From Dipteris shenzhenensis (lineage: Eukaryota), in the NCBI GenBank assembly GCA_047967505.1, contig CM106538.1: a stretch of DNA of 64,000 nt. One strand, written 5' to 3'. Below are positions 52,194 through 63,300 of the stretch, piece after piece; position 1 is the first letter of the stretch, and every line of letters starts with the position of its first letter. Both the position numbers and the translations under genes were made by a program. Below the pieces are notes generated by a model, which saw only the letters and a list, made by a program, of their open reading frames with translations, was not told the DNA's origin and did not search any database.

Positions 52194-54235
52194 GGTGAGG
52201 ACTGGGAGGCAGCGAACAACTGTCTGCTCGCGGTCGAGGTCGAAGAAGAAGCTGACATTTCGGAGTGGAGGCGCTGGCGCTTATGGGAAGGTTTGGAGGG
52301 GGAGGCAGGGTCGTCCTGCCCGTCCTTCAACACCTTCAGCAAAGGCGAGAGGCCTTTGGTACCATGAATGAAGGCTTTCTCGAGCCAGCTCGAGATCTCT
52401 GAGGTGGACATCCCGTAGAAGGCACGGAGTTTCTGAGGCGTCCAGGCTCTGACATCTTGGGGGAGGGGCCAAGACAGGGGGGGCCTGAGGATCACAATCA
52501 GTCTGAATCGTTTGGCGGCGCAGCGCCACCGCAGGCGCACGTCACCCTCGGACCACTGAGTCTCGAGAAGCTGCCCACCGGACGGGCCTATCCAGGAGCA
52601 AATCTGAGCATGCGTCTGCTCCCTGAGAGCCTCCCAGACCGAGTCGTCTGTCCAGGTCTCGGTGCCGTCGCTGAGGAACGTGAAAGCAAAGCTAGGGCCA
52701 TCCCTAGGGGCCAAGGCGGCTATCTTCCCATCCGCCCCTTTGCGGAGCAGGAAGATACTGATGTCGAGGCAAGCAGGGAAGGTCCCGAGGTCGGCCACAT
52801 CCAAGTAGTCCCAGGGGCCAGATCTGTAAAAGTCGCGGGGGAGCTCTCTCTCCTGAAGCTGAGGCCCGTCAGAGTCTGCCACTGAGGGGCTAGCGGACGG
52901 AGAAGCCTGCTCCGGTGGTGGTGTAGACTCAGGGTGTCCTGCCAGCGGAGGGGGAGGGGGAGGAGGCTGGGGAATAGGTAGCTCAGACTCCTCAGGGGCG
53001 GCTAGCGGAGGAGAAGAAGGAGGGGGAGCGGGGGCTGCCCTCGGTTGAGGAACCGTCGAAGCAGCTAGCTCTGCGGGAGAGCTAAAAGAGGCGGGGGGGG
53101 GGGGGGAGGGATGGGGTTGCATCTGGAACTGGGGCTGAGAAGGAGGGGGAGAAGACTGAGGAGGACGAGGGGGCTGAAGCTGCGGGTCGGGAGACAAGGG
53201 GTGCAGTTGGGGGATGGGCTGGGGCTGGATGGGAAGAGGCTGGGGAGAGGAAGAGAGGGGGACCTGAGGCTGTGGAGGGCGGGCTACCGTCGAAGAAGAT
53301 GCTCCCCCATGTCCCTGGGGCGGCTGCCTGTCGGGTCTCTGAGGTGCAGCTACAGGCGGGGTAACCTCTGCCTCCTTGCCTTTATCAGAAATCTTCTTGT
53401 TCTTTCCTCTTTTCCTTCTAACCTCAGTCCAGCCGCCAGCTATCTCTGGTCCGGGCTCCGGCTGCCTCTGCTCCTCCTGGCGTGGCTGCCCGGAGGGGGG
53501 GGGAGGGGGCGGAGAGGGGGGAGGCGGGGGAGGCCGAGAAGAGCTGGCGAAACGTGGGCAAACAGCTGCCAGGTGCCCAAAGCCGTGACACCTCAGACAC
53601 TGTCCTGGCTGTTCGGTGACTACCATGCTCTGGGTGATGCTGCCGGCACCTGTCACGATCTCGATCACTGCCGGGAGAGTCGCAGGATCCGCCACAGCCA
53701 CACGGACTCGGGGGGCTCCTGCCGTAGTCACCGCATCGGCGAAAGTATCGTGCATAACCCAGCCAAAGTGGGAGCCCAGGTCCCTAACAATCGGCCGCAG
53801 CTCAGCAGCAAGACCAGGAAAAACTAGCGTCACTGGATGGCGAGGTATACGGAACCGGGCATCAAAATCTGCTGCGTTGAATCCACGGTACCACGGGACT
53901 ATCATGATAATCTTTCCATCCACTGAAGTGGGGGAGCTAGCAATCAGGTTGCTCGCAGCTTTCGCACCGGAGAGTTTAAGCCAGAAGATGCCCCTTCCCA
54001 TAAGGGCCACCTCCTCAATATGGCCGTCCTCTAGCATGAGAGTGGACTGGAGCCAGTCCCTGATGGCTGATCTGGAGGGGGAATGTCCAACGACTCTGCC
54101 ATAGACAGAGGTAAGAGCAAAGTCATTGGCAACCTCCTGAACTCGAGATGATTGCTGCTCTGTCAGGATGACGCGGTAGGCATCTGGAGAGGGAGGGACC
54201 GTCTGGGCCTCCGGTTCCGGGCAGGGAGCCGCCAT
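52190..54235 (-). CDS. LINE ORF1 (DUF4283/RRM-like domain, CCHC knuckle, Pro-rich linker, unknown C-terminal domain); frame intact
   Basis: Uninterrupted frame, first ATG at 54235 (frame open from 54286); VYGRVVG...MGRGIFWLKL...IVPW; CLRCHGFGHLAAVC. Its TGA overlaps the ORF2 ATG (ATGA at 52193-52190). Confidence 0.88.
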   Translation of the reverse strand: MAAPCPEPEAQTVPPSPDAYRVILTEQQSSRVQEVANDFALTSVYGRVVGHSPSRSAIRDWLQSTLMLEDGHIEEVALMGRGIFWLKLSGAKAASNLIASSPTSVDGKIIMIVPWYRGFNAADFDARFRIPRHPVTLVFPGLAAELRPIVRDLGSHFGWVMHDTFADAVTTAGAPRVRVAVADPATLPAVIEIVTGAGSITQSMVVTEQPGQCLRCHGFGHLAAVCPRFASSSRPPPPPPSPPPPPPSGQPRQEEQRQPEPGPEIAGGWTEVRRKRGKNKKISDKGKEAEVTPPVAAPQRPDRQPPQGHGGASSSTVARPPQPQVPLSSSPQPLPIQPQPIPQLHPLSPDPQLQPPRPPQSSPPPSQPQFQMQPHPSPPPPASFSSPAELAASTVPQPRAAPAPPPSSPPLAAPEESELPIPQPPPPPPPLAGHPESTPPPEQASPSASPSVADSDGPQLQERELPRDFYRSGPWDYLDVADLGTFPACLDISIFLLRKGADGKIAALAPRDGPSFAFTFLSDGTETWTDDSVWEALREQTHAQICSWIGPSGGQLLETQWSEGDVRLRWRCAAKRFRLIVILRPPLSWPLPQDVRAWTPQKLRAFYGMSTSEISSWLEKAFIHGTKGLSPLLKVLKDGQDDPASPSKPSHKRQRLHSEMSASSSTSTASRQLFAASQSSP

Positions 54236-54289
54236 ACCGCCAAGACAAACTGCGCGGCTTCCGATGAGGAAGAGGCTGCCACCCAAAAA

Positions 54290-54930
54290 AGGGGGGGGGT
54301 TAGAAGCGGGAGGGTGGAGCCTGGGTGTGGCGGGAACGGAGGTGGCGCGAGGTGGAGGCGTGGAGGCGGGGAACGGGTGAGGTGGGGCGGCGGGAGCGGA
54401 AGCGGGGGCAGGGGAGAGGCGGAGCGGGGACGAGGGGGCGGACGGGGGGCGGGGGGAATGGAGGGACGGAGGGGGCGGGGTGGAGCGAATGGACGGGGGG
54501 GGGCGGGGGTGAAGGCGGGAGGGGAAGGCGGGGGTGGAACGGGAGGGCGGAGAGGCGGGAGGGGGCGGGGCGGGAGGCGAGGGGTGAGGGGGCGGAATGG
54601 GCGGCAGGGGTGAGCGGAACGGAGGAGGGCGGAGGCGTGGAGCGAGGGGGTGAGCGGGGTGGAGCAGAGGGGGGTAGCGGGGCGGGGGTGAGCGGAGGGG
54701 ATAGCGGGGCGGGGGTAGCGGGGCGGGGGTGAGCGGAGGGGGTAGCGGGGCGGGAGGCGTGGAGCGAGGGGATAGCGGGGTGGAGCGGAGGGGGTAGCGG
54801 GGCGGGGGTGAGCGGAGGGGGTAGCGGGCGGGGGTGGAGCGTGGCGAGGGGGGGCGGAGCGAGGCGGGGGTGAGGGGGGAGGTGAGGGCGGAGGGGTAGG
54901 GGCGGGAGAGGGCGAGGCAAGGAGGGGAAG
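54290..54930 (-). repeat. LINE 5'UTR: extreme G/C-skewed, CpG-rich minisatellite
   Basis: Repeated GGGGTAGCGGGGCGGGGGTGAGCGGAG-like units and dense G-runs on the + strand. Confidence 0.85.
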
Positions 54931-55374
54931 CTCGCAGGAGCAGCCCAAAGGGAACTTTTCTTTCCTGCAGGCTATGTGATCTTGATTCATAAGTTTGATA
55001 AAGGAGTGATGCAGCCTAGCAGCCTACAATAGTGGGATGCATGCACAGACTATGAGTTCACCAGATTTGTTTGAGGTGTATGACCAGCTTGGGCATGGTA
55101 CAAAAGTTCTCAAGTTTTTAGACAAATACGGAAGCTAATCTTAAAATTAAATGTGTACAGTGTCGTTAGTGTCCTCTCTACATATGTCAATGAGAGACCT
55201 TGACACATTATCCATGCCTCTGCATAATTGAGAGTGGATTTGATGTAGACGATGCTAAGGAAAGTGTTCCTATCCATTGAGATGGTTCCAGTGATCATGT
55301 TAGGGCTTGAGCATTTTGGAGGATGTGCTTGTTTTATTGTTTCTTTATTTCCTTGTTTTCTTAATGCTCCGCAG

Positions 55375-55449
55375 ATCCTTTTGGACACAGACATCGATGT
55401 GGATGATGTGCTTGCAATCCTCTACCTTCTCAAGCAAGATCCATCCAAG
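55375..55449 (+). pseudogene. Orphan exon of an inosine/uridine-preferring nucleoside hydrolase (NSH3-like N-terminus)
   Basis: ILLDTDIDVDDVLAILYLLKQDPSK carries the DxDxxxDD motif. Preceded by a pyrimidine tract and CAG; followed by AAG|GTAAAT. No further exons recognised. Confidence 0.75.
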
Positions 55450-56749
55450 GTAAATTGAAGGCTAGATCCTTGTCCCTCTCTGCGATATGAGGAAGTAGTT
55501 ACACATGTTTGTTGATTGCCATTGTGTATTTTGGTTCTCCGTTTCAAATTCGTTCTCCCAATTTGGCAGTGGTGACGCATTCCGTAAATGTATCATGAAA
55601 CATGTTTCTTTTGTTTTAATTTAATGAAGGGATGGATTGCAAAAGGAGGGTCGCATTTGTGCTGGTGTGAATGCATGCTTATTCCATCCAAAAGCTTGCA
55701 TCCTTTGTAGGCTTATGTGACCATCGGCTGCCTCCTCGCTTAATATTTCCCTACAACGGGCTAGAAAAAGCATGTGCCTAACTCCAACTTCCTTCCTTAA
55801 CGTTATTATTCCTAATCACCCTGATATTATGCAGGTTTATAAGTATGGTATCTCTTGATATTACATTCATTTATAATGAAGTCGATTCCATGAGCTACGT
55901 CCTCCTTTAATGTATCCTCCCTTAATGCTATCCTACAGTATGCTCCTGGCTCCCAAAATCATTTGCTAAAGCTCCAAATATTGCCACCATTTATGTAGAA
56001 AGGACACGACCCATCTAAGGCTTTGTTCCCCTTATGTGTATGCTTATAATTTTGAGCTCGAATGCATCTTAGAATCATCATGTCATGATTTTCCTAATGC
56101 ATATACGAGTCCGATTTATTATGAATCGCGTATTCTATAATGCTTCAGAAGCAAAGTTCCCACATTCCGCGAGGGCTAGAGTGATGCCATAATGGCATGT
56201 CCTGTGCTGCATCTTGTACTATTATATCATATATGGTGTGGTAGTTGATTTTAGATGATGACCTGTTCTTTTGCGATAGCTATAAAGTAAAATTCATTTC
56301 CATGTTTTTGTTGCAAGAATCATAGATCCGCATCCCTGCAAAGTATTTATCAACTAACTAGTTCCAGCCTGCTGTGATACCCTTGAGGTTCAAGCGGGAT
56401 CTAGTCAGCATAGGATGTAATATGCTGCCCAGGTCCTACCCTAGGTATTCACATGTATAAAAAAGAATGCAATGGGGCATAAACTAGCTGGATTCATGTG
56501 ATTTTCTATTGGTCTTTGCTATCTCAAAGCTGAGAAATAGGGTGCTTAAGGCATCTATTGGTTGGTCTGTAGAAAAATTATTTTGTATCTACCTCTTGTA
56601 TAAGTACATCCAATATATGGGCTGTTCAAACATATTTTTCTAATCTACCTTTTGTGAATGCGCATGTCAATTATTTCATATGGTATTCCTTACTGCAATA
56701 TTTGAAACTGTTATAATAAATGCTCTCTCTCTCTCTCTCTCTCATTCAG

Positions 56750-57024
56750 ATTTGCAGACATGCAACATATCCATGATATTACCTGGCAAGGTGGAGCCTC
56801 CAAGAGCCTCCTTGGTGTACACATACTGTACAGAAAGTCTGCATGTCAATCAGCAGCAGTTCATCGCAGTATGGAGTAGATCTGGAGGCCTTGAATATGG
56901 TGTCATCATCCCAAGATCTTGCAGGGAGTATACGGAAGACTGGCAAATGTGTATGGGCAGGTATGGAGATTTGTATTCAGGTTTGAGGAGCAGAAAAAAT
57001 GATTTTCCTTTCTTTGATTTGAAG
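56750..57024 (+). other. Exon-like segment, possibly a PPR relic
   Basis: CT tract and CAG acceptor, AAG|GTTTAG donor; FIAVWSRSGGLEYG and MGRYGDL are weakly PPR-like. Confidence 0.3.
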
Positions 57025-58399
57025 GTTTAGTGTATGTCGTTAACAAGCTTATTATAAGCAATCTTTTAGCTCTCAAATTACTGATGCAGTAATGTATATC
57101 TATCATCTCAAGCATCAGATGCCTTTCATAATGTTTTATTCAAAATATCGAATCATAAATAGCCTTATGGGCATGAAATTTGATCTTTTAGGCAATATGC
57201 CATGGCTTGCAACAAAAAATAGAACTTACATGGCAGTAGAGGAGTAGCTAAGAATGGCCTAGATTATCAGATAGAGGTTTGCTTTCTCACTAATTGTTAC
57301 TAGACTATTGTTGTAAGCACTCTTTTAGAGACACATTGAATGACTCAGTCTATACACAAACTACTATTTTTGAAGTTGTTTTTGTTCAGGGGAAGCAACA
57401 CTGGCTGAAAGGCTTCAATGACTGCCATTTGTTTGGAGGATTTGCTCTCATCTACAACATTGAAACTGATCATCATTTTATCCATCAAGGAGACCTCCTA
57501 CTGCTACAATCGACATCTTTCCTTGGAGTTTTACAATCTATCAGTTGCTGTCTTCAGGAAAGTAAAGCTACATTTCTATTGTCGTCAAACAAGTATATCT
57601 ACTCAAGCATTCCTGAATTCACTGTGCTGTACTATACCTCTATTTGGATGATTGCTGAATTCTTCCCAAATGCATGATAAAATTCTATTGTGAAGTGTCA
57701 CCATCTTTGGAGACAATTTTGCCTCTATTTTGCACAAAAAACAGTGCAAAAATGAGCTTTTAGATCTATGCTGAGTCAGTAATTTTTATATTGTTGTTGG
57801 ACACCTGCAACAAGTCAAACTTCAACTTTTCATTGGCTTTCAACAGTCGAATACAGCAAACAGTGTCCTGTCTAAAAGGTTTGGTGATCAAAATCATTGA
57901 CTTTCTATTGTTCTTGTCAGCATTCTAGAGGCATGTGATTGCATCTTTTTCCGCATTTCTAGAGACGTTCCTAGTAAGATTTGGATTGTTTGACAAACAT
58001 TGAGCTCAAGATAATACTCTCTTGAAAAACACTGATCACGAGATATGACCGGCTTGATTGATATGTCTACCATCTTGTGGAGTTGTTGAGATTGCTTTCT
58101 TACATGTGAAGAGGAAATCAAGAAGCACTCCATAGATGTAGATAGTCCAAATATAAGATGTCATACCTTGGATGTAGCGTTACTTGTATGTGACTTGGTA
58201 TTGTCCCTGTGTTAGAGGAAGATGTATGCTTACACGATGTTGTAGATGTTGATGTGCATGCATTGTCTATTGTGGATTACAGTGTAGCTCGTGTATGCTG
58301 AATGAAGTGGATGTTTTGCATCTTGAAAGTCTATGGCAGCATAGAGCAGCTGATATGGAAACAAGTGCTTGATGAGCATCTTGTTAGAATGTCATCTCC

Positions 58400-59190
58400 T
58401 AGTCTGTGCATTGATTACACAATATGCACAACATGGGCATTGTGAGGAAGCAATAAACTCTCTTTGAATGGTCCAATGCAAGCTTCTCTCCAAATGTATG
58501 CACCATAGTTTGCATCTTGAAACCTATTGGCAACATAAGGCAAAACAATAGCACATGCTGAAATTATTAGATAGGGTTTGCTAGGAAATGGTATTGTGCT
58601 TGCCAATCTTTCATGGATATGTGGTTTGCTAGGAAATGGTATTATGCTTGCTAATGCTTTGATGGATATGTGGTTCTCTTTGATGGATACGTTGCTCGCT
58701 TGCAAAGGCACAAAGCCGATTGACAAGCTTCCTATTCACCTCTATAAATTGTTGACCCATTGCCAAGCTTCCTATTCACCTCTCTGAAATGTTGACCTAT
58801 TGATTTGATGGACGAGAGATGTCCGAGGGTGAGGGGTGCACATATGGGTTGTAGATTGCAAGTCGGCCAAGAAAAGGTGATTTCGGCTTGTTCAAATTGG
58901 GCATAAATGATTATAATTATCTAATATGGATCGTTGACTTGCTCAAACTTGCCCACGATTGTCCTACCCACAATTGTCCACACTTGACTACTGGTTGAGC
59001 CTTGGACTTGACATGCCTGATGTGTTGTCAGTTGTCATCGGGCACATTGGTGCACGTGATAAAAAGGATGCAAGGTGACAGAGTGTCTCCAAATGCAGTC
59101 ACCTTTACTTGCATCTTGAAAGTTGTGGCAGCATAGGAATAGAAGATAAGTTTTGGCAAATACATGATGACATTATTTAACAAGAGGGCA
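58400..59190 (+). pseudogene. PLS-class PPR pseudogene fragments
   Basis: HAEIIR*GLLGNGIVLAN / GLLGNGIMLANALMDM (with an internal ~47-bp duplication) and MQGDRVSPNAVTFTCILK...QIHDDII. Confidence 0.8.
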
Positions 59191-59452
59191 TAGACAGTGT
59201 CCAATAGCACTGTCCCTTTGTTAGCACCTGCCTTCAGGCAAAGCTCTCATTACACTTTTGTTAAACAAGGTAGCGTTGCCACTATGGCCCTGTCTTTTTT
59301 TTTTAAAGGTTTGAATGAGTGTTTTCCTTGTTTTTCGGTTTCTTTTTTTTGTTTCTTTTACCTATTTATTTTTTTGTGTGACTTGGCTCTTTTTTATTTT
59401 GTTTTTATCTATCTTGCATATACATTTGTTAGCTATTCGAAGTTTCCTATAT

Positions 59453-60060
59453 GCAGGGCTTTAGGTTTTTACATTTTTCTTGGTATGTATTTTTATTATT
59501 ATTTTGTGTTTTATGTGAGAAGGTCGTGATTTGTTTTCTACCTTGTCTTTAGAAATTGATCAACGTATAGTATTTCTTAAGATTTTTTTTTTCCCTATGC
59601 GTGTATGTATATTATGGAATGGTCCATCCAATATGCATATGATGTTCCACGAGTGGCTTGTTTTGGTATGATGCTCCAAATGTGATCCAATTGTGTTTCA
59701 TATATTGTCATGATGTGATGGCACTGTAAGTTGTACTTGAAATTGGCCATAAAATGTAGGGCTTTAGGTGGTTTTTACATTTTTCTTGATATATATTTTT
59801 ATTATTATTTTGTGTTTTATGTGAGAAGGTCGTGGTTTGTTTTTTATCCTGTCTTTAGAAATTGATCGATGTATAGTATTTCTCGAGGGTTTTTTTTTCT
59901 TATGCGTATATATATGTCATGGAATGATCTATCGAATATGCATATGATGTTCCACATTGAGTGGCTTCATTTGGTATATTGCTCCAGATGTGATCCAATT
60001 GTGTTCCATATATTGTCGTGATGTGATGGCACTGTAAGTTGTACTTGAAGTCGACCATAA
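59453..60060. repeat. Tandem duplication of a ~300-bp AT-rich unit in the presumed Helitron 3' region
   Basis: AGGGCTTTAGG...GTTGTACTTGAA...CCATAA at about 59453-59752 and 59756-60060. Confidence 0.9.
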
Positions 60061-60379
60061 TTTCTTTTAATGTTTGTGACTGTTTTGTTTTTTGTAATTT
60101 GTGACTTTTGTTTTTTGTAATATGTCGATGTTAATCTTCTATTAATATCACGTTGTTTGTATTATTGATGTTCGATAGTATGGTTTTTAATAATTGGGAA
60201 AACAATTTATATGTGCTAGATGGTGATCTGTATATATTTGCAATTGTGTATTGGTTGTTTTTTGTTTCGATGTGTGTAGTTGTTATTTCAATTTTGTGTT
60301 TGTAATGTTATTTGTTCGTAGGATGGTGATGTGATTTTGTATTAATATATGCAGGTGGAGCGGTTGTTTATGCATTTAA

Positions 60380-63300
60380 AACGGTTGGATCGGGAATTGT
60401 TATTGACTGAGGATAGTTTTTTTAGAAGGGCCAATTTGTATTTCTTTTGTTACTCTTAATATTGGTGTCCATTTTCGATTAGTAGTTGTTGTGTACGCAT
60501 GGATATTTTTTTCCTTGTTTCTCTTCTTATTTGTGGGTTTTGAAATTGAATCCATATGATGTCATTATTTTGATTTGTGGACATGCTCATGAAAATACCA
60601 TTTGCGCCGTTTACAAGTCCATCTTGTTGATTTATGTTTCTTGAGCATATTTCAACCAGCATTCCTTCTTTAATTTGTATAATTGTTCTCAGGCCATCTG
60701 TTGCTTTTGGGTTTTTCAATAGTTTACATGAAATGTGGCTATTGTTATTAAATGTATCAATTGCTTTAATGTTATATTTTTTTCCTTTTGTTGAATGAAA
60801 TACCTTTTTATTGTGGTTATTCATGTCGAAGTTTGTGTAGTAAAGATGGGGCAAAGTGGAGTCTTGTGGTAGTGGACGGAAGCAGCGGTCATTTATATAT
60901 TTTATTTGTTCTGGAGTGTGTGCACATATTGTGAAACTATTGAATGCCTCTATGAATTTGTTGCTGTTTTGTCGCAATGGTTATTTCAGCTCGTAACATT
61001 TTGGTTTTGTAAGCCAGTATGTGTCTGCTATTGTTTTGAGTGTCTTTTTCTTGTTTGAATACCGAACTGTCTCTTACTGGTTTGGCTTAGTACAAGTCCC
61101 CTAAACAAATGACATCGACACCATCGGAGTATTCCGTGTGGTCTCTTTTGAATGTACGCATGCGAAGGTTTGCAAAATCTAAAGTTCATCTACCAACTAG
61201 TGAAATCTCATCAAATACAATAAGTTGTACTTGTTCCTATAGGCGAATAAGTGTATCTAGTTTTTCTTTGGTAGGTTCTTTGTTTGTAATGATAAATGAA
61301 GTGCAGAGTGAATAGTGAGCCCGTTTATGTTGTATCCCGCTTTTTCTATATAGGCTAATATTAGCACATGTATCAAATTGTAATCTATGTTTTGTATTGT
61401 TTGATTGTAATGTCGCAACAAACCTTGAACTAAGAGCATCAGAAGATATGTTTTCCCTGCTCCAGTCCCACCTGCTAAAAACAAGTGTATTTTTTCGTTT
61501 GGTTTTATTCGCTTTTGTATCATAATGTCATCGGATAGTTGTCTTTGTTCAAAGTTCAATGATCGAATCATTTTGAAGTACTCGTCATTCTGCATGAGAA
61601 TTTATTTTTTAATAGGAATTATAAATTTGTTATTTAATATTTTCTACTGTTTTGCTTTCGTGTCTAATGCAATGTTGTATTTGGGGAAGCTGTGGTCTTG
61701 AGTCGTGTCATTTTTTATTTTTGTATCATCTTGTTTGTTGATTAATAAACTATCGCATGCATTTGTTTCTTAATCGTTGTCGTCGTCTTTTGTATATAAA
61801 GCTCTATTTTTTGTAATTGTTTGATATCGAGCATTATAAGCCTCTTTCCAAGATCCATGTGTTAATAATTCATGTTCTTCATTGTTTTTTAAAGGAAAGT
61901 ATAAGAGTAACTGTTCAGGATAATAGTTCTCTGGATCTTTTATTACATTGAACTTGATGAATCTTATGATTTTGGTTTTTTCCTTTTTTTGATGGTGCCG
62001 CTTTTTTTATCGTATTCTGCAATAAATGTTGTTCATGTTTTCTCTTTTTTTATATTTGTCTATGATAGTTTGACATGTAATATCTCTTGATTCAATGGGG
62101 AGTTGTTACAATTGTTTTCTTTTAAGAATGAGAGCTCTATTTTATTGATGATTTGTGTTTATGAAGGAAAATTCTCTTATTGTTCTGTGTAATGGGTAAA
62201 GATAGACTGATGAAAGATGCTAATTGTGCGCTCATTTGTTGTGCATGCAAAAATAATTTGCCCATTGCTCGCAATCTATCGTGTGTGTTACTGTCATTTT
62301 TTGTGCAACCTTTCATTGTTTGTCAGAGACTTGTTGTTATTGTGTTATCCATTTTTGTCATGTATGAAGTGCAATATGTTGTAGCCGAGTATGGATCGAT
62401 AATATATTGTATGTCCATGCTTGATTGCCATAAAAAACTCATTTCATGATTGAAAGCATTCGTGAAAATGTCTTTGGTTTGTCTTTTTAAGAACATGGTT
62501 GTTTTTTAAATTGATGAACGTAGTGCTAGTATATATGTTGAAATGTCAATTCCAATATCGACTACCCATTCAGCAAATGTCATTTGTGTGTCAGGTTCTA
62601 TACGATTTATACTTGTAGAAATAGATTGATATATTTGTTTGTAACTATGAATCATGCTTTGTGATAGAGGTTCTAGTATCACTATTTCATGTAGTGGAGG
62701 CTTTGGATAGTGAAATCAACAATTGGTGATGCTATTTTTTTTTCAAGTGAATGTGTGTTTATGCGTTTGTATGCCTTTAATGTGTGTTGGTAGCAGGCTC
62801 CTGTCGCATGTTATGTATTTGTCAATAAAGGAGACAATTTTCTCATCCTCATGAATACCATATATAGGTCCATGTTGCACCCATAAAATTCCGTGTTCAT
62901 GCTAGCTTCCTCTATTTTGAAATTCTGTAATGAGTAGTGCATGATATTTCCGAGTAATCGTTTGTCTTTTATTATCAAATTTAGAATTTTTTGGAGTTTA
63001 TGTGTGTTATATCTTACACATATCGTTGGGTTGTCTCTTATTAGTTCTCTTATTGTGACATTCGACTAATAGTGACATTCGAGTCTTTGTCTTTCTGTTG
63101 TGTTTTGTTGTTGTTTGAGTACTTTTGTTGTAGACATCTTGTCAAAGGTTCCCATAATCTTTCTGCACACGATAGCGTCATAAAAAAGGTTGGGCGTCCC
63201 AATTGTCTCATCATTGCAAATGCATCTTTCTTGAGTTTTTCTTTGTAGTCTGGCAAAGTCTGCATGTTCTCAAAGTCCCTGTATTCTATTCTAGATTTTA

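Larger units (their letters stand above)
47749..54975 (-). mobile_element. Full-length L1/Tx1-type LINE, ~7.2 kb
   Basis: 15-bp TSD GTGATCTTGATTCAT (47734-47748 and 54976-54990); short poly(A) (T run 47749-47756); 5'UTR, ORF1 and ORF2 all present. Confidence 0.96.

Noticed and set aside
54152-54990. Pro-rich and Gly/Arg-rich ORFs (extensin-like)
   Set aside because: Low-complexity LINE 5'UTR that lacks stops because of its base composition.
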